A stretch of 64,000 bases of DNA from Octopus bimaculoides (lineage: Eukaryota), in NCBI RefSeq assembly GCF_001194135.2, contig NC_068988.1:41848106-41912105 (forward strand). Direction: 5' to 3'. Shown here in pieces: positions 1 to 11,405 of the stretch; the first letter of the stretch is position 1; the number at the start of each line of letters is the position of its first letter. Under the pieces are notes generated by a model. That model ran no database searches, was not told the DNA's origin, and saw nothing but the letters and a program-made list of their open reading frames with translations. A program made the position numbers and the translations under genes.

Positions 1-306
1 AGTATTGATCTAACTCGTCTATAGTACTCTTTCTTTATTTTTTCTTTCATTTGTGTATGTTGTATCCTATCTAGTTCATTGACTTCTAAATACTTATATG
101 GTTGGCTTTCGTCTAGTTCTCTTATTTCATTGGCTTTATCTAGTGTTATATTGCTACTTTTAACTAATTTTCCTCTTTTCAGGGTTGCTTTGGCACATTT
201 TTCTAATCCGAATTTCATTTCTATTTCCTTGGTAAAGCCGTGTACTGTCTGTAGTAGTGTTTCTAGCTCTTTGTCGTTTTTTGCATATAATTTTAGGTCA
301 TCCATA

Positions 307-307
<1 letters not shown>
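1..307 (-). mobile_element. R4/Dong-clade non-LTR retrotransposon, RT fragment (5'-truncated; continues beyond window start)
   Basis: Minus strand reads YMDDLKLYAKNDKELETLLQTVHGFTKEIEMKFGLEKCAKATLKRGKLVKSSNITLDKANEIRELDESQPYKYL, i.e. the RT catalytic YxDD motif and following motifs typical of R4/Dong. It is closely similar to 44500-44810 and ends abruptly in (TTA)n. Confidence 0.8.
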
Positions 308-361
<54 letters not shown>

Positions 362-412
362 AATAATAATAATGATAATAATAATAATAATTAATTATTA
401 ATAGTATTATTA
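307..412. repeat. (TTA)n directly followed by (TAA)n, an inverted trinucleotide microsatellite
   Basis: Seen directly; the orientation switches at about 358. Confidence 0.95.
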
Positions 413-416
413 TGTT

Positions 417-638
417 AAGGTGATGGGATGGTGGGTCGTTGGCACGCCAGGTAAAATGCTTTGTGATATTTCGTCAGTCTTTGCATCCTGAGATCAGATT
501 CCACCGAGGTCGACTTTGCCTTTCATCCTTTCGGGGTTGACAAAATAAGTATCTGTTGAGCATTGGGCTCGATGAGATCTTTACTCACTTCCCCGAAACG
601 CTGGGCTTGTGCCAAAATTAGAAACCCTTATTACTATT
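417..638 (+). mobile_element. SINE family B copy (core GAGGTCGACTTTGCCTTTCATCCTTTCGGGGTCGATAAAATAAGTACCAG)
   Basis: Matches more than 15 other copies in the window; has a head region and a TTA-type tail. Confidence 0.85.
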
Positions 639-789
639 AAATAATGTTAAAGTTAAATAAAACTAGTGTACAGCTATGACGGTGTACAAATATATTGGAG
701 TATTAATGTCGTTTTGAGTAAATTTAGTACACACGCACATACATACATACATACATACATACATGCATATACATATATATATATCATTC

Positions 790-975
790 GCCATGCTAGA
801 TCAATAACCACTATACATTCTTTTTTTTCTCTCCTTGTTTCTTTCTGTGTTCCTTTCTGTGGAACAGCGTAGGCTCGAAACGTTAAAGACTTTTTCACTT
901 CCCGAGCGTTATACTAATACTGTTTCTTGACTACACAACCTATCTTCGTCTTTTGTTTTTTGTGAATTCTCCCTA
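790..975 (+). mobile_element. PLE-type terminal repeat copy with a degenerate minimal hammerhead ribozyme (853-888)
   Basis: CTTT-CTGTGGA-A-CAGC-GTAG-GCTC-GAAAC-GTT-AAAG; homologous to 11330-11495. Confidence 0.55.
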
Positions 976-989
976 TACACACACGCGCG

Positions 990-1060
<71 letters not shown>

Positions 1061-2229
1061 GTGTATATGANNNNNNNNNNNNNNNNNNNNNNNNNNNNNN
1101 NNNNNNNNNNNNNNNNNNNNNNNNNNNNNNNNNNNNNNNNNNNNNNNNNNNNNNNNNNNNNNNNNNNNNNNNNNNNNNNNNNNNNNNNNNNNNNNNNNNN
1201 NNNNNNNNNNNNNNNNNNNNNNNNNNNNNNNNNNNNNNNNNNNNNNNNNNNNNNNNNNNNNNNNNNNNNNNNNNNNNNNNNNNNNNNNNNNNNNNNNNNN
1301 NNNNNNNNNNNNNNNNNNNNNNNNNNNNNNNNNNNNNNNNNNNNNNNNNNNNNNNNNNNNNNNNNNNNNNNNNNNNNNNNNNNNNNNNNNNNNNNNNNNN
1401 NNNNNNNNNNNNNNNNNNNNNNNNNNNNNNNNNNNNNNNNNNNNNNNNNNNNNNNNNNNNNNNNNNNNNNNNNNNNNNNNNNNNNNNNNNNNNNNNNNNN
1501 NNNNNNNNNNNNNNNNNNNNNNNNNNNNNNNNNNNNNNNNNNNNNNNNNNNNNNNNNNNNNNNNNNNNNNNNNNNNNNNNNNNNNNNNNNNNNNNNNNNN
1601 NNNNNNNNNNNNNNNNNNNNNNNNNNNNNNNNNNNNNNNNNNNNNNNNNNNNNNNNNNNNNNNNNNNNNNNNNNNNNNNNNNNNNNNNNNNNNNNNNNNN
1701 NNNNNNNNNNNNNNNNNNNNNNNNNNNNNNNNNNNNNNNNNNNNNNNNNNNNNNNNNNNNNNNNNNNNNNNNNNNNNNNNNNNNNNNNNNNNNNNNNNNN
1801 NNNNNNNNNNTATATATAGGGGAAATTGATTATGCGCTCACCCAGACACGGGTTTCTTTGTTTCTCTTTCTTTCTAGGAATCTTTTATTCCATATTATTT
1901 GTTATTAACACTTTGACACCTCCTGTTCATTATTCCTATCCTATTTTGTATCAAAAGATGATGGGGTGGTACTCCTGTATGTAAGCGGGAAGAAATGTCT
2001 CTTTTTCATTTGTTATCTTTGGTCTTGCGGCCAATAGTGTAACTGGTCGTACTCTCGGAAGCTCTTTACTCCCTCTTTCGTTCTCTCTCTCTCTCTCTCT
2101 TTCCCGCCCTCACATTATTTCCTCCGGGAAGAAATCATTCAATTAAATCTTAATACTACATATGTAGTAACTGGGTATTCTCCTCTTCACCACCAATCAA
2201 TTACTTTTCTTTCTGCATTCACAACAGAC

Positions 2230-2560
2230 GACAACTTCAGAACAGCATTGTGGTCTTTAAGGATACCAAAATGTTCATGTTTATGCGAACTTCAATCTAT
2301 CGCACGTCTTATCTAGTATTCCCTGCCTTTCTCGCAAAGGTGACAAAAAGCCAAGAACTAAGATTGCTGCTAATGTATTTTGTCATAATATTCGCATTGC
2401 CGTGTACCATGTATCTGGGCACCAATTCATAAATAAAAGGGTCGATACGTGACGCATGTTACCAGTTGTCTTTCCTTCACTTGAAGTTTGAAGACCAGGC
2501 ATACGTTCCCATATACTCTTATCAATTCAACAGAGGACTCATGGTTCTATAAGTCACTTA
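2230..2560 (-). pseudogene. Possible very old LINE (RTE-like) RT relic
   Basis: Weak traces on the minus strand in the expected order (YRTMSPL ~ NYRTISL; RLKFAx ~ NLRFADD); many stops. Confidence 0.25.
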
Positions 2561-3159
2561 GGTAAGTTTTCGTTCAACTGTACTTTTCAGGGCAGCTGCA
2601 AAGCCTCTCTCTCATTCGCGATATTTCTTGGATAAATTATTTGGGTAATTCTTAAATGACATACCACAACCATCTTGCTTTTTATCTAGCTGCAGTAGAA
2701 CGACTAGCATTTTTCTTTCGTTAGTAACACTAGAAGGGGTTTTGCTGTTGATGTTGTTAATATTTTTGTTTGAGTCGTACGTATTCATATTTTCAGTGGT
2801 GGAAATGTCATTACCTTCCGATTTACAAAGAACGTATCGGTTTATTTGAATCTGTTTTCTATTTTGTCTGTATGTGTTTTATGTTCATATATCATTGTAA
2901 CTTTTACAGGAGCCTTTCCGAAAACGAAAAATAAAATACAAATGAATGCAAGAAGGCAAAATAGATATTTATGTCTAATATAGATCAAAACAGACCTTTT
3001 TATCTACTTTAGGTATTGATGCAAGCTTCTACACATTCGGAAGGTTCCCAGTTTGAAAATAATCCAAAATATAAAGAAAACTTTTCATTCGGTACATTTG
3101 GCAATATTCCAATCCTCTAGAAGCGGCTTAAAAATACGACCGTTCAATCCAAAGCATAA

Positions 3160-3683
<524 letters not shown>

Positions 3684-4620
3684 ATATGAAAACTTACGGC
3701 ATTTTGCTGGGTATAATGGAAAGCGTCAGCTGTTCACAGCTAGTAGACTAAGATGACACTTGTTTACTGATCATGCTTCAAGAATCCTGCGAAGAATTCT
3801 TGCAGTTCCAAGCAATGCTAATTCTTGTAAGTGTTCTACTTCCACACTTGCACCAATCTTTTTCAGCTATGTTGGCAGCTGAGTGCTTATACTTCCAAGT
3901 ACGCCTATTACTACTGGTATCAAATCGTCATATTTGTTTATTTATTCTTCTTCTTTCATATTGGTCCTGTAGTCACCGGGACATGCTATATTCTTTCTTT
4001 TTTATTCGCCACAACATCGTGTGGTTTCCGATGTCTGGTTGGGTGGTCGTACAGGATCATTGCATCCCAAAGGATTTTGCAATTCTCATTTTTGGTGACT
4101 CCTTCTGGAGTTTGCTCATACCACGTCTTTGCTCTTTGTAGGCCGTGATTTCCACAGAACTCTCAATGGATCATTCTTGCCACATAGTCATGGCGTCTTT
4201 TGTATTCCCGTTGTGCCAATTTCTGGCATTCACGAACAATGTACAATACCGTTTCACCTCTCTCACCATACATTCTGCATTTGTCGCTACCTGTAGTGTT
4301 GTCTGTTCTGCACTTCATATAGTCACTCCTTAACATTTGTTCATGAGCTGGGCATATGAGTGCTTCTGTCTCTATCTTCAGGTCACTCCTCAGCCATAGC
4401 CACCGGTCCTGTGTATCTGTCTTGGCGTTCACATCTCTTGCAAACTTACCGTACTTTTTCTTTTCCTTCCATGCTTTTTCTGTTGTTTTTTTTTCTTTTC
4501 TTTTTTTTGTTCATTTCTTGTTTAAAATTTTCTTTAATCACACAATTGTCAGTTTTGGTGACGCCGACCTTCTTTGTGTGCTTCATCTATTGTACTTAAG
4601 AAGTTGTACTTCACTTTTTT
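3684..4620 (-). mobile_element. R4/Dong-clade non-LTR retrotransposon, 3' part (CCHC knuckle, restriction-like endonuclease, 3' UTR)
   Basis: WKEKKKYGKF..RWLWLRSDLKIETEALI..DKCRMYGERGETVLYIVRECQKLAQREYKRRHDYVARMIH..KILWD..GTARILRRILEA*; 3' end abuts (TAA)n on the minus strand, and there is a short TAA run at the 5' junction (about 4621-4629). Confidence 0.85.
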
Positions 4621-4979
4621 ATATTATTATCAGTAGACCAGTAAGCTAATAATAAATAATCAACTAATCAGTTGCTTTATTAACTGTTTTACTAATCATT
4701 TTGTTAGTTTGTCACAATCCTTGTCGATAATTTTTCTTGATGTGTAATTTTGTCTCAAAAGAAAATGAGCGCATATCATGTATAAGGCTGCAGTTTAGTT
4801 GAATAATAATAATCAAAGGATAAATACAACAAATTTGTATATTTTTATTGGTAAAATTACCTGTTAAAGTAAGACAATATGTTTTAATATACAATTTTAC
4901 ATAAAGTGTCTTGTGAAACTCATTCAAAATCAAAATGCTGCTATTGTCAACTTATAACTTTATTTCTTTTCCGTTTCAG

Positions 4980-5011
4980 GTAAGTTGAACATTAAAATGG
5001 CTGTACTTTTG
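4980..5011 (+). CDS. Candidate 32-nt exon with start codon (ATG at 4997; MAVLL, phase 0 donor)
   Basis: Pyrimidine tract CTTTATTTCTTTTCCGTTTCAG acceptor, AAAATGG start context, TTG|GTAAGA donor. The exon itself begins with GTAAGT. Confidence 0.4.
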
Positions 5012-5494
5012 GTAAGATGCTGTATACTCTATTTTCTTTTACTTTTACCTATTTTGTTTGTTCTCTCTCTCTCCCTCTCCCTCTCCCTCACTCCATCCCC
5101 CTCTCCCTCAATCCCTGCCCCTCTCTCCATCTCTTTCACTTTTTCTTCATTAGCATCATGATTATATATCTATCCCGCTGTTACTTTAAAAGATTGAAAA
5201 CTAAATTCTCATGGCAAAAAGAACTGAAAGTACTCTTGCTTTATATATTATATAGGTAACTATGAGTATGTTCGTACATGTATGCGTATGTGCATGTATG
5301 TATGAATGCATCCAAGATCAAGAAGTACTTTCTTCTTTAGCAGGGACTTCAGCGATAACTAAATGACAAAGTCACCATTCAAAATGTCTCTTACCTGAAC
5401 GAGATTTTGTTTTATTGGATATATCGGTGTATGTTGTTGATATTTATGCGTGTAAATGCATGATAGTGTGTATATGTATGGATACACATCCATC

Positions 5495-5542
<48 letters not shown>

Positions 5543-5980
5543 NNNNNNNNNNNNNNNNNNNNNNNNNNNNNNNNNNNNNNNNNNNNNNNNNNNNNNNNNN
5601 NNNNNNNNNNNNNNNNNNNNNNNNNNNNNNNNNNNNNNNNNNNNNNNNNNNNNNNNNNNNNNNNNNNNNNNNNNNNNNNNNNNNNNNNNNNNNNNNNNNN
5701 NNNNNNNNNNNNNNNNNNNNNNNNNNNNNNNNNNNNNNNNNNNNNNNNNNNNNNNNNNNNNNNNNNNNNNNNNNNNNNNNNNNNNNNNNNNNNNNNNNNN
5801 NNNNNNNNNNNNNNNNNNNNNNNNNNNNNNNNNNNNNNNNNNNNNNNNNNNNNNNNNNNNNNNNNNNNNNNNNNNNNNNNNNNNNNNNNNNNNNNNNNNN
5901 NNNNNNNNNNNNNNNNNNNNNNNNNNNNNNNNNNNNNNNNNNNNNNNNNNNNNNNNNNNNNNNNNNNNNNNNNNNNNNNN

Positions 5981-6019
<39 letters not shown>

Positions 6020-6022
<3 letters not shown>

Positions 6023-6355
6023 GTAAAGACCCCCTTCGATCATGAATGACCGTAGGATTGCATCTAGAGAGAATCCTCCGAGGGCACAAGTCCGGGCAAG
6101 TTTACTTTATTGAAGACCAGCGGTCACCCATGCATACCAGACTTCCCTGTCCACGCCACCGACGTTATCCAAGGGAATGGCAAAGGCTGATACAGCTTGG
6201 CACCAGTAACGTCGCAACCTATTTCTACAGCCGAGTGAAATGGAGCAAAGTGAAATAGTGTCTTCCTCCAGAACACAACACACAGCCCGCTCTGAGAATC
6301 GAACGCACTACCTCATGATTGTGAGCCCAACGCTCTAACTGCTGAGTTATGCGTA
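6020..6355 (-). mobile_element. tRNA-derived SINE family C (central domain resembling the Meta/Nin-type ..GCAAGACACT..TTTCAC.TTGCTCCA.TCCACTCAGCTG..)
   Basis: A/B-box-like head at the right end on the minus strand; related copies at about 21780-21930 (+), 32990-33130 (-), 48035-48200 (+) and 59460-59640 (+). Confidence 0.75.
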
Positions 6356-6899
6356 TAATGCTTTGACGGAAAACTGTTTTTATAAGAGTATTAATGGTAA
6401 TTCTGACATATCACATGTACAACTTGAGACGTGGCCGAATTGTCAACTGCTAAACCGTCATGGTCACATATAGACCCAGCACAGATACGTCAAATCAAGA
6501 TAAGGCCATTTCAGCCATAAGCTAATTGAAACTTACTATGGTAACTGTGTTATCTGCTAATGATCGAGTAAACCTGTCCAGCGTGGGGTGTCTGGTGGTC
6601 TAATATGGCTAAGCTCCTTGAGAGCCAACGACTCCCGCATTCTGAGGTGGAGTGGGACACGGACGGTATTACTGTTTCGAATCCCATTAAAACGCATGAT
6701 TCTAGGTGACATTAATATGCACCGGAGAGAGCCAGGGTTATAAAAAAAGTTCAAAACATTGAGATGTACAAAATATTGCTATATCATAATAGGTTATTCC
6801 AATAGCAGAAAACCTTTGTGAATGAATTGATCTGAACGTCATTGAAACTTCGATGCACGATATAACTGAATACAATTGCTTTTAACACACGATTGGCGC

Positions 6900-6949
<50 letters not shown>

Positions 6950-8197
6950 TCGTAATGTCTGTACGCATACTCGAGAACTCAACTGGAGAAAATGGTTTGT
7001 GATAAATATATGTATCTTTGGATGTTGACACATCACTCTCTATCTAAGACCGATTAAATTATAGACTATTTTGTATTATGTTATTTATTTCATAAGTATA
7101 CTTTAAATGCCCAGATATATTTGTGCACAGGAAAAATTCGGTATGTATGTTTGAGGTTCGAGCGAAACGCAGATCTAGGAAAGGAAGAATTAAACAAAAT
7201 ATTCGACACTATGAGACACTTCTAAATAAATCTACATTGTTCCAGTTTCAATCCCCAAACCCAGCAATTTAGTCTGGTAGCTTCCACAATAGCCTTGGAT
7301 TACCCCAGTCTTGAGAAGGAAACTGGGTGAATGCGAGTACAAGCGTGTTGGCGAGTTTAAACTAGATGAATGGATGGAAGTGAAATAAAGTGGGTGGAAA
7401 CTATACCGAAGCCTCCATTGAATGAACTCTTCTCGCCTAGTTGAACAATACCTAGTCCTTGTGTACCTTTAGTATAGCTTACTTTGTTGCAAGCATTCAG
7501 ACTAGATCTACAGTATGACGGTTGCTTATTTCCGACCCTTATTGAAACTAGTTAAGTAAGTACAGCTAAAGATCATGTGTGTTTCTCCACTGTCTAAGCC
7601 ACAACGATGAAAATTATTCTGTTAATCCGTATGTCAGATGGCCTAATTTAATATATGAATATATATTAAATATATATCTAGGATACAAATGTCCAAACAT
7701 AAGTATTCTGAGTTTCTGGATCTCGACCTGTAAAGTTATAAATATTGTGCTACGAACAATGTTCTGAGATTATATATGCCAAGAAGACTGGTGCGTATAT
7801 TTATATGGAAATTCAGTTTCAGTAACCTGTTTTCTATATTGTTAAAAGCTGATGACTTAGCAAAGATTGTGAAAGCTTTTTGTTTTTCATTGAGCCTATT
7901 CCAGTTGGCTGAATTTAAACAATGCAATACAAAATACGATGTAAAACATCGTTGCAGTCATCGCAATAGAATATTGATAAGTGTTATCGTATTGTATTCA
8001 ACGCATGTTATACGTTACAGAAGAGCTGCTTCACAGTTTTGCAATCATACATGCATTGATATTATATATATATGTATGCATGTAAATATATATATGCGTG
8101 TGTGTGTCTGTGTATGTATATATGTGTGTATATATGTGCATATATATGTGCATATATATGTGCGTATATATATATATCTGTATGTATATATATATAC

Positions 8198-8253
<56 letters not shown>

Positions 8254-8745
8254 GCATAGAGGGATATAGGGATAGATAAAGAGATAGGTATACATTCGTA
8301 TATATATTTACATATACATACATATGAGTGTATATACAGATACGTGTATACATATCAATTTATATATATATATATACACCCACATATGTGTGTATATGTA
8401 TACACATATGCAGTGTCGGTATGTGTGCGTGTGTGGGTGCGCGTGTGGGTGCGCGCGTGTGTGTATCTGGGTAGGGGGTGTGTTGAAGTCTCATATTACA
8501 AAATACTTTCTAAACGCTCATCAGATGTGTAAATGATGCCCAGAGCGAACTAATATATCGTATTACAACAGATTATGACAATTTCTTTTTTTCTTTCATC
8601 CTAGTCTGTTGAAACATAATACGTTACTAGATGTAGATATCGTTTAGTTGGCTGATGATTTTTCGGAATATGCTGCGTAATATGAAACTGGATACCAAAT
8701 TTATGTATATTTAAAAATATATACATGCATACTCCTGCATGCATG

Positions 8746-8776
<31 letters not shown>

Positions 8777-9164
8777 CACACACATGCGGGAATATTTAGA
8801 TATTATTTGACACACAGCTTTCACTACATAACATATCTTTCATCAGCTGCTGGCTGGAGATCACCATGATTACAATAACTCCACAGAATATTACTCTCTC
8901 CATTATTACCGCCAAGCATTGATAGTACCTTGATATTTTTGAGGTCTTTCGGCCTACATTGTAACATACATTTCCCTCCAATTATTCATGCTGCTATCTT
9001 AGCAAACGAACAACAGCTGCACTATCCAACGGTTATGTTATTTTATAACGTGATGAGAATCTGGTTTTACCTTTAGGCTTTTTTTTTTTCTCGCAGGCCC
9101 TTTTCATGATGAAATATTTTGTCACCTGTAAATAAAATCCCTACGAAAAAAAGAATTCCCATAA

Positions 9165-9540
9165 GCGCAGGTGTGACGGTGTCATAACCCCTTGGTTAAG
9201 GGTTCACTCACACTTCGTAGCACCATGGGAAGTGCCTTCTACTACGGCCTCGGGCCGACTGAAGCCTTGCGAGTGGATTTGGTAGACAGCTACTGAAAGG
9301 AGTCTGTCGTATATATGTGAGTGTGTGTGTGTCTTTGTGTCAGTATTTGCTCCCCCATCACCGCTTGACAACCGGTGTTGGTATGTTTTTGTCCCCATAA
9401 CTGAGCAGTCCGGTTAAAGAGAGTGATAGAATACTACTAGGCTTTAAAATAATAAGCCCTGGGATCAATTGGCTCGACTGAAAACCTTTCGAGGCGGGGC
9501 TTCAGCATAACCGCAGTGAAATGGCTATTAAAAGAAAAGA
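9165..9540 (+). mobile_element. tRNA-derived SINE family A copy (..CTTCTACTATAGCCTCGGGCCGACCAAAGCCTTGTGAGTGGATTTGGTAGAC..)
   Basis: Aligns by eye with 29194-29596; carries an internal TA/TG microsatellite. Confidence 0.8.
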
Positions 9541-10599
9541 GAAACGATTGTAACTGAACAGGACACTGTCGATTTATCCAAAACACCACACAATCTTGCC
9601 TGTATTAGAAGAATTCTTCACTTCCATCATCGTACCTCACTCAGCTTCATAAATTCTTCATATATTTGTCCTCTTTTTTGTGCTTATGCTGTAAAACCCT
9701 TTTGAAGTTTCCAAACTCCCCGATCAGAAATTATTTTCAAATTCACCCAGTTTTCTTCCTACCAATAGCTATATAGAAATTTTAATAAACATATCCTTTT
9801 TATATCACCCTAATCCTCATCGAAGTTTTTTGAAGTATTGCATGAAGAAGATTAGGATGAGGGGAAATTCAAATGCCGCCACCTGACATATTTTCTGACA
9901 TATTTTCCGTAGGACGTGAAAGAGTGCGAGCATGAATCTACTTTGAACATGCGTCTTTAGGTCAGATTGAAGGAATCGGACAATCACCTTCTAGTAGACG
10001 GATCAATCCAATAATTGCGTGTTTGTAGGAAGAAGTTCCCTGGTCTAACCCTATAATGACATTTTCATTTCATTCAACGTTTATCGTTTATTTGTTTATT
10101 TAAAGCCTATGTTCTCCTATTTTCGTTACAAACCGTTTTAATTTAAATTACCCTTACATTATTGCCTCATCCTTCACTTTTGCAGCAAAATAAGGAAACC
10201 ATTGTTATTATTATACATCAATATTGAAAACTCTGATCATTTAAGTTTGGTGAATATAGAGCAAATTGCTAGCAACAATAGCTTTAACTATTGTACATGG
10301 GAGAAATGCTAGAAAACTGCATAACAGACTCCATACACGATACCGTATTGATTTTCATCTAGGTTTTCTCTTTATTTGTTCTTTTATTTTTTGTGTGAGA
10401 GAGTTTGTTTTTCAACATCAGCCTAGAATAGATCTTTCATTCTCTGGGGACTTCTTTAGGTTTTGAAATTGGCTTTGACTCTGACAGTGGTACCGATTTT
10501 AAATGATATACTGTCCCATATATTTGGCGTGGCATAGGATGCTGTCTGAAAATAAATACCTGCTTTAATAATTTATCTCTTTTTACAATTAAACTCTCC

Positions 10600-10693
10600 G
10601 TCACTAAATGATTTCCGCTACCATCATGATAAGCATTATAATCATTATCATCTCATCATCGTCATAACAACCACGTCCACCACCACCACCACC

Positions 10694-10751
<58 letters not shown>

Positions 10752-10860
10752 ACATCATTATCATTATCAACTTCATTTTTAATGTAAGGAAACTGTATCG
10801 TCATCATTATTGTGGTAATAACGGTGATAATGATCATTGCCATCATGAAATTCAAGACAA
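10600..10860. repeat. Compound (CCA)n(TCA)n and degenerate (CAT)n microsatellite
   Basis: Seen directly. Confidence 0.9.
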
Positions 10861-11054
10861 GCATCAATACCGATGAGAACAAAAGATTAATAATATATAT
10901 TACTTTGTTTTGAATTAAGGGCGCCGACAGTCTTCGCGGGGGCAATTCCAAGGAAACATAAGGGTCAGTTGGAGGTTCCACAAGGAACATAAAAAGAAAG
11001 CAATAAATGGAAACGAAAGTCATAAATAGGATGATTTCACCAATCCTAATATTT

Positions 11055-11273
11055 GTTTCTGCTTCAATCGCAAGATCAGCAATTATTTTCAGAGAAGATG
11101 ATTAGTTGATTACATCGTCCTTAGTTATTCATCGATACTTTATTTTATCGACCCCGAAAGGATGATAGGCAAATTTGATCTCAACGGGATTTGAACTCAG
11201 AGCGTAAAGATCCGTACCAAACACTGTAAAGCATTTTTCTGATCATCTACCAATTCTGCCAGCTCATCGCCTT
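11055..11273 (-). mobile_element. SINE family B copy
   Basis: TTATCGACCCCGAAAGGATG..GATTTGAACTCAGAGCGTAAAG..TTCTGCCAGCTCATCGCCTT. Confidence 0.85.
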
Positions 11274-11369
11274 AATAATTATGATTTTAATAATTCTTTC
11301 AAATTCTGACACTGGACCGCTGAACTCTTACACATTTTTCATTCTCCCTCTGTTTATTTCCTTTTATTC

Positions 11370-11405
11370 CTTTCTGATGAAGAGCGTAGGCGCGAAACGT
11401 AAAAG
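11370..11405 (+). ncRNA. Minimal type I hammerhead ribozyme motif within a PLE-type terminal repeat (11330-11495)
   Basis: Stem I CTTT, CTGATGA core, stem II GAGC-GTAG-GCGC, GAAAC, GTA cleavage triplet, AAAG; the ACGT palindrome in stem III is typical of dimer-forming minimal HHRs. Confidence 0.65.

Noticed and set aside
9545-10075. Possible LINE RT or Tc1 relic on the minus strand
   Set aside because: Only vague motif resemblance; no catalytic motif could be read.
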